Assembly (NCBI GenBank): GCA_963921275.4
Contig: OZ001293.3
Location: 1,440,001 to 1,504,000, forward strand
Reading direction: 5' to 3'
From: an uncultured Hormoscilla sp.
Lineage (GTDB): Bacteria; Cyanobacteriota; Cyanobacteriia; Cyanobacteriales; Desertifilaceae
Length of the DNA stretch: 64,000 bases
In this document: one piece after another, positions 45,401 through 55,137 of the stretch
How the letters are laid out: every line of letters begins with the position of its first letter
Position numbering within the stretch: the stretch's first letter is position 1
Notes under the pieces: model-generated
Databases searched by the model: none
What the model was told of the DNA's origin: nothing
Seen by the model: only the letters and a program-made list of their open reading frames with translations
Made by a program: the position numbers and the translations under genes

Positions 45401-47487
45401 TGTTCACTTAAGCCCATGGACCCGCCCACAGTATCCTGAAACTGGACCGTGCCCGCACCTGAATTTACAGTCAGTTGTTGATTGCCGTCAACAGTACCCT
45501 CAAAGGTAATGCTACCCCTATTCCCCGAGTCTATCGATATATCCCTTTCCAGAATCAAAGGACCACTCAGCTTAATTTCGACCCTAGATATATGTCCGGC
45601 AGCATTTATATTCCCCGTCGTTATTTTATCCGATGCCAGCAACTCAATATTCCCAGATTGTATAAATGAGCTAGAATCTATGTTACCAGTTGCGATCGTC
45701 CCTGCTGCTTGCAGAGTAATATTGCCCCCATTTCCTCCTTCCGATTTTTCCGGAACGGTAGACTTGGATATTATATCCGCCGCGAATATGTTAGAAAAGT
45801 TGCTAATCAAGCGAATATCCCCGCCATTAGAGAATATGCTGGCGGATGGTGACTCGGGGTTGAAAACAATCTCACCCCCAGTAGACACAAATACATTCAG
45901 CTTTCCGGCATCAGAACTAATTTGGCCATTAACCAAAATTTCATTAGCAGCATTCAGGGCGAGGGTATTCTGAACGCCATCTGTTTTCTTAATTGCTGAT
46001 TCTACAGTTATTTGTCCCGGATGCTGTGTACTACCAACATTGCGCGACGCGAGCGTGACGTTGGTTCCATTATCTAAAGCCGAGGATATATCGGAGGCAT
46101 TAACCACAGCTTCCTTATCTGTCCGATCGAAAATATCTGCAATCTCTCCCTCTAACAGATTATTATTGTCGATGATGATATTACCAGATTCTAACAGCCA
46201 TGTTCCTTGATTCCCCCGTGGAGCACTAGCGTCCACTGACGCATTTGTCACATCTAGACCCTCTCGGCCTATGACCTCCACTCGTCCCCCATTAGTTGGT
46301 TCTGAACTACCACCACGGGCCGAGATCGTGCCGTAGAAACCCGTCATTTCCTCTGCCGCCACTCTCACCGAACCCCCCTTGCCCGATCGCATCCCATCTG
46401 CTGCGATCACCGCATCATTGCTAATATAGGTCTGACTTGTACCATCGCCGCCAATCAGCACTTTGCCACCGTCGTTGCCCGAAACGTTAATATTGGCATC
46501 AACCACACCCACCCGATCGCCCATCACTCGCACCGTTCCTCCTGGGGCCAGTTCAGTCTCGAAACCCGATGATGCGTCCAAAGTTCCAGAAGTGATCGCC
46601 ACCCCCTGAGATGCGGAAACTGTAATGCCAGAACCAGTCAATAGCAATTGTCCTCGTTCGTTCACGCTTACGGAACTGGCATGTTCTCTATCTGTACCGG
46701 TCAGCAATTCTGGCAAAGACAGAGGGGTAATTGGGACTTCAGTGTCTGGAGTAATATCTAGGGAAAGCAGTTGTCCTGCTTGAGAAATGCGCAGTATAGA
46801 CTGGCCGGTAACTGCTTGCACGGTGATATTCCCCGATGGTGCTTTTATTGTCCCCGTATTAATCGCCGTGCCACCCAGCAAGGTTATACTCTCTCCTGTC
46901 GCCACGGTTAAGTTACCTTCGTTGAGAATACTTCCAGGCGCGATCGGGTCAAATCTCAAGGCATTTGGCGTCCCTACTAAGCTTGCCCAATCATTTTCCC
47001 CAAATGCCTGAAACCAGCTGTCATCATCAAAACCGATGCCCGTAGCGGTAGTGGCACTAAAAGCAGCAGGAACATCTAGACTAGCATTGGGGCCAAATAT
47101 GATGCCAGCAGGATTCAGCAAGAACAGGTTAGAATTGCCCCCTGTAACTTGTATTAGACCGTTAATCACCGAGGGGTCGCCTCCATTAATCCGACCCAGA
47201 ATATTTTGGATCTTTCGGTTAGAGAGAAAATTAGCGATTTGACCTTCCGAGAGATTAAACTGGGTAAAGCTGTGGAAAAGATTCGTCCCATCACCAGAAA
47301 GCTGACCGCCGGTAATATTATATGTATCGCCGGTGTTTTTTATTTTGGTATCAGTGCCATCTGATGCTGGGACGAGCGGTTGTGCCTTTGCTGGACTGGC
47401 ACCGACTGAGGCAGTGAAACTCAGGGTGACGAGAAGCAGAAGCTTGACACGGGGCGTTTTAACTATGCTATTCACGGCTAATTTCAT
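42424..47487 (-). CDS. Filamentous-haemagglutinin-like TpsA protein with C-terminal CHAT protease domain
   Basis: Signal peptide, NLFHSF, NPAGI TPS motif, Gly-rich beta-helix, acidic linker, HLATHA / LSACQT dyad, HPYFWSAF. Confidence 0.93.
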   Translation of the reverse strand: MKLAVNSIVKTPRVKLLLLVTLSFTASVGASPAKAQPLVPASDGTDTKIKNTGDTYNITGGQLSGDGTNLFHSFTQFNLSEGQIANFLSNRKIQNILGRINGGDPSVINGLIQVTGGNSNLFLLNPAGIIFGPNASLDVPAAFSATTATGIGFDDDSWFQAFGENDWASLVGTPNALRFDPIAPGSILNEGNLTVATGESITLLGGTAINTGTIKAPSGNITVQAVTGQSILRISQAGQLLSLDITPDTEVPITPLSLPELLTGTDREHASSVSVNERGQLLLTGSGITVSASQGVAITSGTLDASSGFETELAPGGTVRVMGDRVGVVDANINVSGNDGGKVLIGGDGTSQTYISNDAVIAADGMRSGKGGSVRVAAEEMTGFYGTISARGGSSEPTNGGRVEVIGREGLDVTNASVDASAPRGNQGTWLLESGNIIIDNNNLLEGEIADIFDRTDKEAVVNASDISSALDNGTNVTLASRNVGSTQHPGQITVESAIKKTDGVQNTLALNAANEILVNGQISSDAGKLNVFVSTGGEIVFNPESPSASIFSNGGDIRLISNFSNIFAADIISKSTVPEKSEGGNGGNITLQAAGTIATGNIDSSSFIQSGNIELLASDKITTGNINAAGHISRVEIKLSGPLILERDISIDSGNRGSITFEGTVDGNQQLTVNSGAGTVQFQDTVGGSMGLSEQPGTRLNAVSVSGEGGNITLDSGGNINTLHLDSSGQNRGGDITLNSGGNIDTSSGSLISRGNIGEGGAITATARGDVITGAINSSSGGSGRGGNIPINTTNGKIDTITGEIISSSASGDGGTIDMVAAGDIITGTSIISSSGYNGGAIVLQSTGGSINTGDIDSSGVVGNGGDVTSQAQMGTVQTGNLNARGQGQGGQISIGADGEITTGQINTNAELGNGGNVSLTGGDVSVEFINAEGGSEGLGGDVAITGSLFRATGRFETSAASTNEASISTAGGTGGGTIAIRHTGASQFEPFHIGDAQILGTAAAITSGEFTMEPSQSFTGTSNLGNITIETNSPGIPLGEENLPPPEEEDPTLLAPPEEDLMLGEEITDPPEDLSEEPPGEVDLSPEEEPSPTISEPPVSEDSEPSTEPEVVLDTDDLIEPDENLPPQEEVVSDDVPVSEEVTRREPGKEETETADLQTEPDENLPPQEEVVSDDVPVSEEVTRREPGKEETETADLQTEPDTQADPSSEEEVMGRSASEEETSSIGSVDSIFFQNATGSDRELYRMASEREEEFTNQFAEYLQIPSDKYKVRTLDDARHFLGKIEQSIKVRPGIIYISFVPSQQKDGMEKREGESELIWENTPFRKNRLGKSGPKMESDHLELMLVTAEGLPIRYRIKEATRSRVMSTTQEFYREVTNRRKIDTTSYLPSAQQLYQWMIQPLRADLQGLGVQNLVFIMDGGLRSLPIAALHDGEEFLVQQYSFGLMPSLTLSDASYVDVKKKNLLAMGASEFLEHGPLPAVPIEIKKIAQEWGGESFLNQAFTFANLKSQLHKGSYGIIHLATHAEFRPGALSNSYIQLWSDRKLHLDQMEQVGWDKLQVDLVVLSACQTAFGNEEAEFGFAGFAVNAGVKSVLASLWYVSDEGTLGLMTEFYGQLKNAPIKAEALRQAQMAMISGRIHFEGDRLHLPAVAEGISLPPTLRGIQQTSLSHPYFWSAFTMIGNPW
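43876..44124. repeat. 120-bp in-frame tandem duplication in the TpsA acidic linker
   Basis: Lines 43921 and 44041 are identical. Confidence 0.92.
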
Positions 47488-47888
47488 CCAAGCGTCTTTT
47501 TTTCTGGGAAAAAAATATTTTTTAAGCTCTACTCATGCTAATATAACTTATTTATCCAGGGTAAGCGCACGCTTCGCTAAATTCTAATCGTTGGCTACAG
47601 ACACAAGTCGGACAATAGAATCTTGAAAATTATTATTGCCTTTTCAACTGTGGCGAGCGCTTGATGATTCCGTTAGTCTAGCAGCCATCTAGAGTCCTGG
47701 ATATGCGTATATTCTGGCAAAATATACGCATATCCAAATTTTCTTCTACTGATTTCGGATTATACTCCCGATTTTCGCCACACTAAATTTAGTTGCTCCC
47801 TGGCTTTTTGTCAAGAGGGGGGGGGGGAGCGCCAAACCATAATTATCTGTTGCAAGTACAATTAAGACAAATCAAACAAACTGACCTC

Positions 47889-48509
47889 ATGATTCCTACC
47901 GTTATCGAACAATCCGGTCGTGGCGAACGCGCTTTTGATATCTACTCCCGACTGTTGCGGGAACGCATCATCTTCCTGGGACAAGCGATTGACGCTGATG
48001 TGGCCAATCTAGTCGTGGCCCAGCTGCTGTTTCTAGATGCCGAAGACCCGGAGAAGGAAATTTATCTCTATGTCAACTCACCAGGCGGCTCGGTCACAGC
48101 TGGCATGGGAATTTTCGACACCATAAATCAGATCCGTCCTCATGTTTGTACTATCTGCGTAGGATTAGCCGCCAGTATGGGTGCCTTCCTCCTTAGCGCC
48201 GGTGCCAAGGGGAAGCGAATGAGTCTGCCTCATTCCCGGATCATGATCCATCAGCCCCTAGGTGGTGCTCAGGGACAAGCTACTGACATCGAGATTCAGG
48301 CTAAGGAAATACTATATCATAAGCAACGACTGAACGAGTTGTTGGCTCAACATACTGGTCAACCTCTGGAACGGATTGAGCAGGATACCGAGCGGGATTT
48401 CTTTATGTCGGCAGCAGAAGCAAAGGACTATGGCCTCGTGGACCAAGTGATTAACCGCCGACCCACCGTTCCGGAAAAATCGGCGACTAAACCGGTGGCC
48501 GCAAGTTAG
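47889..48509 (+). CDS. clpP: ATP-dependent Clp protease proteolytic subunit
   Basis: [37 protein letters not shown]. Confidence 0.97.
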   Translation: MIPTVIEQSGRGERAFDIYSRLLRERIIFLGQAIDADVANLVVAQLLFLDAEDPEKEIYLYVNSPGGSVTAGMGIFDTINQIRPHVCTICVGLAASMGAFLLSAGAKGKRMSLPHSRIMIHQPLGGAQGQATDIEIQAKEILYHKQRLNELLAQHTGQPLERIEQDTERDFFMSAAEAKDYGLVDQVINRRPTVPEKSATKPVAAS

Positions 48510-48575
48510 CGCGATGCTGCTGCGCAGCCGCTACGCGATCGGGTGTAGGAGACGGGTTACACCCGACCAACTACC

Positions 48576-49502
48576 TCAAAATAGGCCCTGGTTCGGTTGG
48601 GGTTGAGATTGCAGGTAATCTCGGAATTCCTGTAATTGCTGACAACTAAGGAGTACCCGCGATCGCTGGTTGTAGGTAAGTTCAAGATGTTTGCGTCCCT
48701 GTTTTTCAGTCCAGCCCAAACGCTTAAGTTCCTGGGTAGTTTGAGAGTAGGCTTGCAAATAGTGCAAAAATTCCAGCAACTCATCGTTGCCCAGCAGCGA
48801 TCGCTCCGGTTGGCCATAGAACTGTTGGAGATAATCCCTTTCTTTGTCAGTATCCCAGCCCACTCGCTCCAGTTCAACTGTAATACTGTTGCTTACCTCC
48901 GAGTAATCAAACGGTGCAGGCGATGCATTCAAAGTCTCATCCGGCATCCCACCCAGATCGGTCTGACTCGACTGATGAGTATAACTGGCAGACCAAATCG
49001 GATCGTCTGAAGTATCGCTGGTTGCATCTGTGTCCTCCACGACAGTCCCTAATATATCGCCAGTTGTATCGGCGATCGAGTTGCCAGTAACAGAGGCATC
49101 GGCAGCTACGGTTTCAGGGCTTGACTGGTAGTCAAAGAAACTGCTCTGGGTACTGGTGCTAACAGTAGTTGTGGGTGGGTGACTAGGGTTCGCTGTTTGC
49201 TTCATCTGGGAGACAGCGGTTGGCGGTTCTAGGGGCTGTGTCCCCCCTTTTGTGCGAGTAGCGCTCTCGGGGGACACAGAAGGTGCTGGTGGGGACGTCA
49301 TCTGCATTCCCAAAACTGCGATCGCCCTTTGACGTGCTTGATCTTCTGCCTGTTCTATACTAGGAGCAGCAGCCATGCCAGAAGCCAGGGTAACTCCCCC
49401 GACTTGAACCAGGGCGCGAACTAGATAAGTCCCCCGTTCGACCAGCAGTAACTCAGAAATTAAACTACCAGTTGGATAATGGGCGCGGAATTGAGTGAAC
49501 AT
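48576..49502 (-). CDS. Conserved cyanobacterial hypothetical protein
   Basis: N-terminal FRAHYPTGSLISEL domain, S/T/P linker, two C-terminal ELxRxGW...YL repeats. Confidence 0.75.
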   Translation of the reverse strand: MFTQFRAHYPTGSLISELLLVERGTYLVRALVQVGGVTLASGMAAAPSIEQAEDQARQRAIAVLGMQMTSPPAPSVSPESATRTKGGTQPLEPPTAVSQMKQTANPSHPPTTTVSTSTQSSFFDYQSSPETVAADASVTGNSIADTTGDILGTVVEDTDATSDTSDDPIWSASYTHQSSQTDLGGMPDETLNASPAPFDYSEVSNSITVELERVGWDTDKERDYLQQFYGQPERSLLGNDELLEFLHYLQAYSQTTQELKRLGWTEKQGRKHLELTYNQRSRVLLSCQQLQEFRDYLQSQPQPNQGLF

Positions 49503-49728
49503 AGGTTCTTCGATTGCTTGTGAATACTTCTTTCGAGCGCAGCAACTCCTCGTTACCTGGCTTTTGCCTGGTAACCTAGGATCCTGCCTGATAACGTAGG
49601 CTATTGAGTTCCACCATATGGTATGATCTGCCCTTATATGTTACGATAACCCAAAAATTGTCAAAAACATATGATATCATACCCCCAACCTTCAAGACGA
49701 TCGATCCTGAAAAGACCCATAGCGGACA

Positions 49729-50220
49729 ATGCTAAAAGATAATTCGGCCTTGATGAGTGACGCTAACCGCCTACAATTTCTCCGGAAAGTGCCAATTTTT
49801 ACCATAATTACTAGCGAGGCTTTCCTAGAGCAACTGGCGACTAACTTAGATGAGGTTATATTTACATCTGGTCAAACTATTTTTACGCAAGGGGAGGAAG
49901 GGCATTTACTTTACATTCTGGTAGAGGGCAAAATCAAGATTCATATTGAATATTTTCCCCTAGCTCAGTTAGAACCAGTAGCATATTTTGGCGAGATAGC
50001 TTTGCTTGATTCTCAGCCCCGATCGGCTTTCGCGATCGCAGTTTCGGAGTCTAAGTGTTTAGTGTTAACGTCCGAACAAGTATATCAAGCGATCGAGTCA
50101 AGTCCATCAGTTTCCCTGAACATAATTCGCGTACTATGTCAGCGAGTGAGAAAGCTCAACCGGATGTTTGGGGCCTCGGAAGACATATTTTACGACCTAG
50201 TTAAAAGGCAAGTATTATGA
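49729..50220 (+). CDS. Stand-alone cyclic nucleotide-binding domain protein
   Basis: IFTQGE, YFGEIALL..PRSA. Confidence 0.88.
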   Translation: MLKDNSALMSDANRLQFLRKVPIFTIITSEAFLEQLATNLDEVIFTSGQTIFTQGEEGHLLYILVEGKIKIHIEYFPLAQLEPVAYFGEIALLDSQPRSAFAIAVSESKCLVLTSEQVYQAIESSPSVSLNIIRVLCQRVRKLNRMFGASEDIFYDLVKRQVL

Positions 50221-51287
50221 TGCTATCTCAATCCAACTTACAACTCCTGCAAGAAGTCCCAATTTTTCGAGAAATCGAGCAGCATAAATTCCTATCACAA
50301 ATCGCAGCCAACCTAGAAGAGGTTGAGTTTGCAGCTGGGCAGACCATTTTCAAACAAGGAGAACCAGGGTCATTACTTTACATTGTAGTTTCTGGTACGA
50401 TTCAGGTTCACATTGGTGGTTTGCAGCTAGCCAAATTGGGACCAGGAGACTATTTTGGTGAGATGTCTTTATTTGACTCAGAGCCCCATTCCGCTTCTGT
50501 AACGACTCTGGAGGTATCTAAATGTTTAGTATTAACCCAGCAGTTGATTTATCAAGCCATAGAGTCAAGCCCGGAGATGGGACTGAACATTATTCGCCTC
50601 CTCTGTCAGCGTGTACGCAAACTCAACCTGCATATTAGTGCTTGGTTGCGAGGTCTGCTAACAGTTGCTTGGGCAGATAACGAATATAGTCAGGAGGAAA
50701 AAGATTTAATTAAGGGGCTGATTAAAGATGACCTTGGTCCTAATACGAATATCGGTGTTCTCAAACCAATTTCGGCACCGGAGTTAGCGGCTGCTTTGGC
50801 GGGTGATACCCCAGTAGCGGATAATTTCTTGAGAACTGCTGTGATTGTTGCCCTAGCCAATGGGACTTATTCTGAGGCCGAAGACCGAGTATTGCGCGAG
50901 TTCTGTACAGCATTAGGTCAAACAGAGGAAATTCTCAATGCCCTGAGGCTCATCCTGATTCCTAATGACATAGAAAATCAAAAGCAGCACAAAAACTTAG
51001 TACAGACCTTGCAGTCTAAGTTTCCCCATGGAGATGTATTGCATCCAGTCCGCCAATGGTTGGATGAAATGGATATTAATACCCCTTATACGGCCAAATT
51101 TTTGTGCAAAATGATTCCCGCCCAATGTCCCTTTGAGCGGGATATTATCCTATTTGGTCACAAGGTCGTGCATATTACTCCCATGTGTAAGATCAATCCT
51201 TTGTACGAGCAGTTAGTGGGTCTACGGTTTCGGGCACTGTCCTATCTAGCAGATCGATGTGGAGAGGACATCTCTAGTTACATATAG
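50217..51287 (+). CDS. cNMP-binding domain fused to TerB-like and 'Mo-dependent nitrogenase C-terminal' domains
   Basis: YFGEMSLF; WLRGLLTVAWAD; IPAQCPFERDI...MCKINPLYEQLVGLRFRALSYLAD. Confidence 0.85.
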   Translation: MMLSQSNLQLLQEVPIFREIEQHKFLSQIAANLEEVEFAAGQTIFKQGEPGSLLYIVVSGTIQVHIGGLQLAKLGPGDYFGEMSLFDSEPHSASVTTLEVSKCLVLTQQLIYQAIESSPEMGLNIIRLLCQRVRKLNLHISAWLRGLLTVAWADNEYSQEEKDLIKGLIKDDLGPNTNIGVLKPISAPELAAALAGDTPVADNFLRTAVIVALANGTYSEAEDRVLREFCTALGQTEEILNALRLILIPNDIENQKQHKNLVQTLQSKFPHGDVLHPVRQWLDEMDINTPYTAKFLCKMIPAQCPFERDIILFGHKVVHITPMCKINPLYEQLVGLRFRALSYLADRCGEDISSYI

Positions 51288-51376
51288 CAACAGTCTGGCT
51301 AATGGCTAATTGTAGCCATTAGCCACTCATGAACGATGTCCCCTGGGAACGAGGTGCTCCCAGGGGACATCGAAGA

Positions 51377-51826
51377 TTACTCATGAATCCAAGACATCAA
51401 GCTGGGTTTCCAGTTGACGAGTTCTTCTTGTTCAAACCAGAGGTTAATTTCCCGTTGTGCGGTCTCTATGGCGTCTGATCCGTGGATGAGATTGCGACCA
51501 ACATCAACGCCGAAGTCTCCACGAATGGTTCCTGGTTCAGCGTTGAGGGGGTTAGTGGCACCAATTATTTTTCTAGCTGATGCTACGACTCCATCACCTT
51601 CCCAAACCATAGCAACAACGGGTCCAAAGGTGATGAACTCAATTAGACTAGAAAAAAACGGTCTTTCTTTGTGGACCTCGTAATGCTTTTCCGCCAGTTC
51701 GCGACTGACGTTCGTTAGCTTCAAGCCCACTAGGGTAAAGCCTTTGACCTCAAACCGGCGGATGATATCGCCTACGAGCGATCGCTGGACTCCATCAGGC
51801 TTAATGGCTAAAAAAGTTCGTTCCAT
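51377..51826 (-). CDS. ndk: Nucleoside diphosphate kinase
   Basis: [22 protein letters not shown]. Confidence 0.98.
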   Translation of the reverse strand: MERTFLAIKPDGVQRSLVGDIIRRFEVKGFTLVGLKLTNVSRELAEKHYEVHKERPFFSSLIEFITFGPVVAMVWEGDGVVASARKIIGATNPLNAEPGTIRGDFGVDVGRNLIHGSDAIETAQREINLWFEQEELVNWKPSLMSWIHE

Positions 51827-52326
51827 GGCAGTCTCCTCTTTGCATTATATGGCATTCCGGTGTCTCCTGGGTAGTGCTCCTACGATGTCCCCGGGGTAGT
51901 GCGGCTACGATGTTTCCCGGGTAGTGCGATTAGCGCTCTCGGGAAACATCGAGCTCCCTGGGGACATCGAGGTCCCAGGAGACACCGCCCTGGTCGGCGA
52001 TCTGATCTCACTTGCGCTCGCTCATGATTCGATCGCGACAAATACCAGATTATCAGAGTTCGGAGTTCTCTGTTCAGAGATTGCTTCGTTCCTCGCAACG
52101 CTGCGCGGTTATTTTTTTCCGATTTTTCTGTAGATCGCACTACATTTGGTGTTTGGCCGCTCATTGGTGACCAGTGGGAGCGGGTGGAAAGTAATACCAT
52201 TTTGGAAAAACAATGCTACAGTTGCCGCTGCCCCTGAAACCAACTGACCCATGACCACACCCGTCTGGCAGTCATAAAGAGCAAAAGTTCTCTACTCTAT
52301 CAACGGTCTGCATGACCGCACTTATG

Positions 52327-52512
52327 GGACAAATCACGCTTACTGTGTGACAAATTACGCTTATTCTGTGACAAATTACGCTTATTCTGTGATAAATTAC
52401 GCTTACTCTGTGATAAATTACGCTTACTAGGTAAAATGTCAATCTTACTATGTGAAATGTCAATCTTACTAGGTGGCATGTCAATCTTACCTTTGACATG
52501 TCACGCTTACTA
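52327..52512. repeat. 21-nt tandem repeat, about 9 drifting copies
   Basis: GACAAATTACGCTTATTCTGT grading into GAAATGTCAATCTTACTAGGT. Confidence 0.85.
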
Positions 52513-53074
52513 TTTGACCAAGTCGGCTTTCATGTCGGCAGGCTAGACCGGAACTGTGGCTGCTTTCAACCTTTGCATGGAGAGTACTTCACCCGCCACC
52601 AGGTGTAAGTAGTAGGGCATAATTATTTTTAGATTTTATTTTTAACTCAACAAGACTATAACCCTTGCTCTGTGGTAATTTGAAGCTTTCTGGTGTCCAA
52701 GGTCGAACTACGAACTACTTATCGTGGTCCCGAGATGTCCGGTGGGGTCGAGGTATATCCCGGGAGCGCCGATTTTTCTGGTGCGCACGCTCCGGGCCCC
52801 CTCCGCTACGGGCGGATAAGAGCGAGCGTTAACCGCACTACCTCGGGGACATCTCCTGAACACTACCCACTCGACACCTTCCGGTTCAAATCCAAAGGCC
52901 GATAGCGCACGGCTGGCACGCTCCGGGAACCCTCCGCTGCGCAGTGCGCGATCAGTCGGTGTTATACCGACTAAAAAGATGATGCTGAAACTAATTGTAG
53001 CATTGTTTTTCCAAAATGGTATAAGTTACGATCTCATAGCAATTCCAGATTTAAGCAGTGAGGTGAAGGTCAAA

Positions 53075-55057
53075 ATGGAGCTAGAGGTAGAAATGAATCA
53101 AACTTTCTCGGACAGAACGGTTAAAGTGATTCCCAAGGAGGCGGCACTGGTAAAGCAAGAAAAGACATGGGCTTGGACGATCGAGGCTTCTGAGGAATTA
53201 TATCGGATTAATGGCTGGGGAGAGCCATATTTTTCGATTAACGCAGCGGGTCACGTGACGGTTTCCCCCAAGGGCGATCGGGGGGTGACCCTGGACTTGT
53301 TTGAACTGGTTGAGGCCCTGAAGCAGCGCAACATGGGACTACCACTACTGATTCGCTTTTCTGATATTTTAGCAGATCGGCTGGAACGGTTGCATGCTTG
53401 TTTTGCTAAGGCGATCGAGCGTTACAAGTATCCGGGTATCTATCAGGGGGTGTTTCCGGTAAAGTGCAATCAGCATCGCCAGCTAATTGAGGATTTAGTG
53501 GAATTTGGCCAACCGCATCAATTTGGTCTAGAAGCCGGTTCCAAGCCGGAATTAATGATTGCCTTAGCAACCTTAAATAGTCCGGAAGCCCTGCTAATAT
53601 GTAATGGCTACAAAGACCGGGAGTACATAGAAACGGCAATTATAGCTCAAGGTTTGGGAAAAAAAATTATTATTGTCCTAGAACAGCTATCAGAAGTCCA
53701 GATGGTAATTGCCGCATCGCGAGAACTAGGCATTGAGCCAATTGTCGGGATTCGTGCTAAGCTGAGTACACAAGGAATTGGACGCTGGGGAAAATCAACA
53801 GGCGATCGGGCTAAGTTTGGTTTGACGATTCCTGAGATAATTGAAGCTGTTAACCAGCTGCGGAATGCTGGTATGCTAGATTCATTACAGCTGTTACACT
53901 TTCACGTAGGCTCTCAAATTTCCGCCATTAGCGCGATCAAAGACGCCATTCGAGAAGCTAGCCAGATTTATGTAGAATTGGCGCAGCTGGGAGCTAATAT
54001 GAAATATCTGGATGTCGGGGGTGGGTTGGCAGTAGACTACGACGGCTCGAAAACAAATTTCTACGCCTCGAAAAACTACAATATGCAAAATTATGCCAAT
54101 GACATTCTAGCCGAGGTGAAGGAAGCATGTGCCGAAGTCCAACTGGATGTACCCGTATTAGTGACAGAAAGTGGCAGGGCGATCGCCGCTCATCAATCGG
54201 TGCTAATTTTTGACGTTTTGGGCACCAGTGATGTCTCTAGCGAAACACCAGAACCAGCTGCAGACAAAGAGCATCTGATTATCCGCAATCTGTGGGAAAC
54301 TTACCAATCAATCACTGTGGATAATTATCAGGAGACCTACCATGACGCTATCCAATTCAAAGAAGAAGCCATCAGTCTGTTTAACTTTGGCTATCTCAGC
54401 CTGCCTCAGCGAGCCAGAGCCGAGGGACTTTATTGGGCTTGTTGTGCTAAGATAGGGGCGATCGCCCGTCAGCAGGAATACGTGCCAGATGACTTGGAAG
54501 ACTTAGAAAAAATCATGGCATCGATTTACTACATCAACCTGTCTGTCTTCCAGTCAGCACCCGACAGCTGGGCAATTAATCAGCTGTTTCCCATTATGCC
54601 CATCCATCGACTGGATGAAGAACCCACGCGACGGGGTACATTGGCAGATCTCACCTGCGATAGCGACGGTAAGATTGACCAATTTATCGATCTTCGGGAT
54701 GTCAAACCCGTATTAGAACTTCATCCCCTCAACCCAGGGGAACCCTATTATCTGGGCATGTTCCTCGGAGGTGCCTATCAGGAAATAATGGGCAATTTGC
54801 ATAACCTGTTTGGTGACACAAATACAGTCCAAATTGCCTTGACTCCCAAAGGCTACCAGATCGAACAAGTCGTCAAAGGCGACACCATCGCAGAAGTATT
54901 GGGTTATGTCCAGTATGAAGCCGAGAATTTGGTCGAGAGTATCCGCCAGCAGGCAGAAGCAGCCCTCCAAGAAGAACAAATTACAATTGCAGAATCTCAG
55001 ATGTTGCTGCAAAATTACGAACGGAGTTTGAGCCGCTATACCTATTTATCAAGTTAG
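53075..55057 (+). CDS. speA: Biosynthetic arginine decarboxylase
   Basis: FPVKCNQ PLP lysine, EAGSKPEL, HFHVGSQ, DLTCDSDG; start codon uncertain. Confidence 0.96.
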   Translation: MELEVEMNQTFSDRTVKVIPKEAALVKQEKTWAWTIEASEELYRINGWGEPYFSINAAGHVTVSPKGDRGVTLDLFELVEALKQRNMGLPLLIRFSDILADRLERLHACFAKAIERYKYPGIYQGVFPVKCNQHRQLIEDLVEFGQPHQFGLEAGSKPELMIALATLNSPEALLICNGYKDREYIETAIIAQGLGKKIIIVLEQLSEVQMVIAASRELGIEPIVGIRAKLSTQGIGRWGKSTGDRAKFGLTIPEIIEAVNQLRNAGMLDSLQLLHFHVGSQISAISAIKDAIREASQIYVELAQLGANMKYLDVGGGLAVDYDGSKTNFYASKNYNMQNYANDILAEVKEACAEVQLDVPVLVTESGRAIAAHQSVLIFDVLGTSDVSSETPEPAADKEHLIIRNLWETYQSITVDNYQETYHDAIQFKEEAISLFNFGYLSLPQRARAEGLYWACCAKIGAIARQQEYVPDDLEDLEKIMASIYYINLSVFQSAPDSWAINQLFPIMPIHRLDEEPTRRGTLADLTCDSDGKIDQFIDLRDVKPVLELHPLNPGEPYYLGMFLGGAYQEIMGNLHNLFGDTNTVQIALTPKGYQIEQVVKGDTIAEVLGYVQYEAENLVESIRQQAEAALQEEQITIAESQMLLQNYERSLSRYTYLSS

Positions 55058-55137
55058 TGCCATGGCTAATGGCTAATGATAAGTCAAAGACAATTATTGC
55101 AGGTTTGGGCCATAACCATTAGCCATAACCATTAGCC

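Noticed and set aside
43715..45973. Ser/Pro-rich plus-strand ORFs (43715..44494, 44543..44821, 45011..45316, 45482..45973)
   Set aside because: Antisense shadows of the repetitive TpsA gene
50630..51287. Evidence of nitrogen fixation from the 'Mo-dependent nitrogenase C-terminal' domain
   Set aside because: The domain name does not imply nitrogenase function; no nif genes are present in the window
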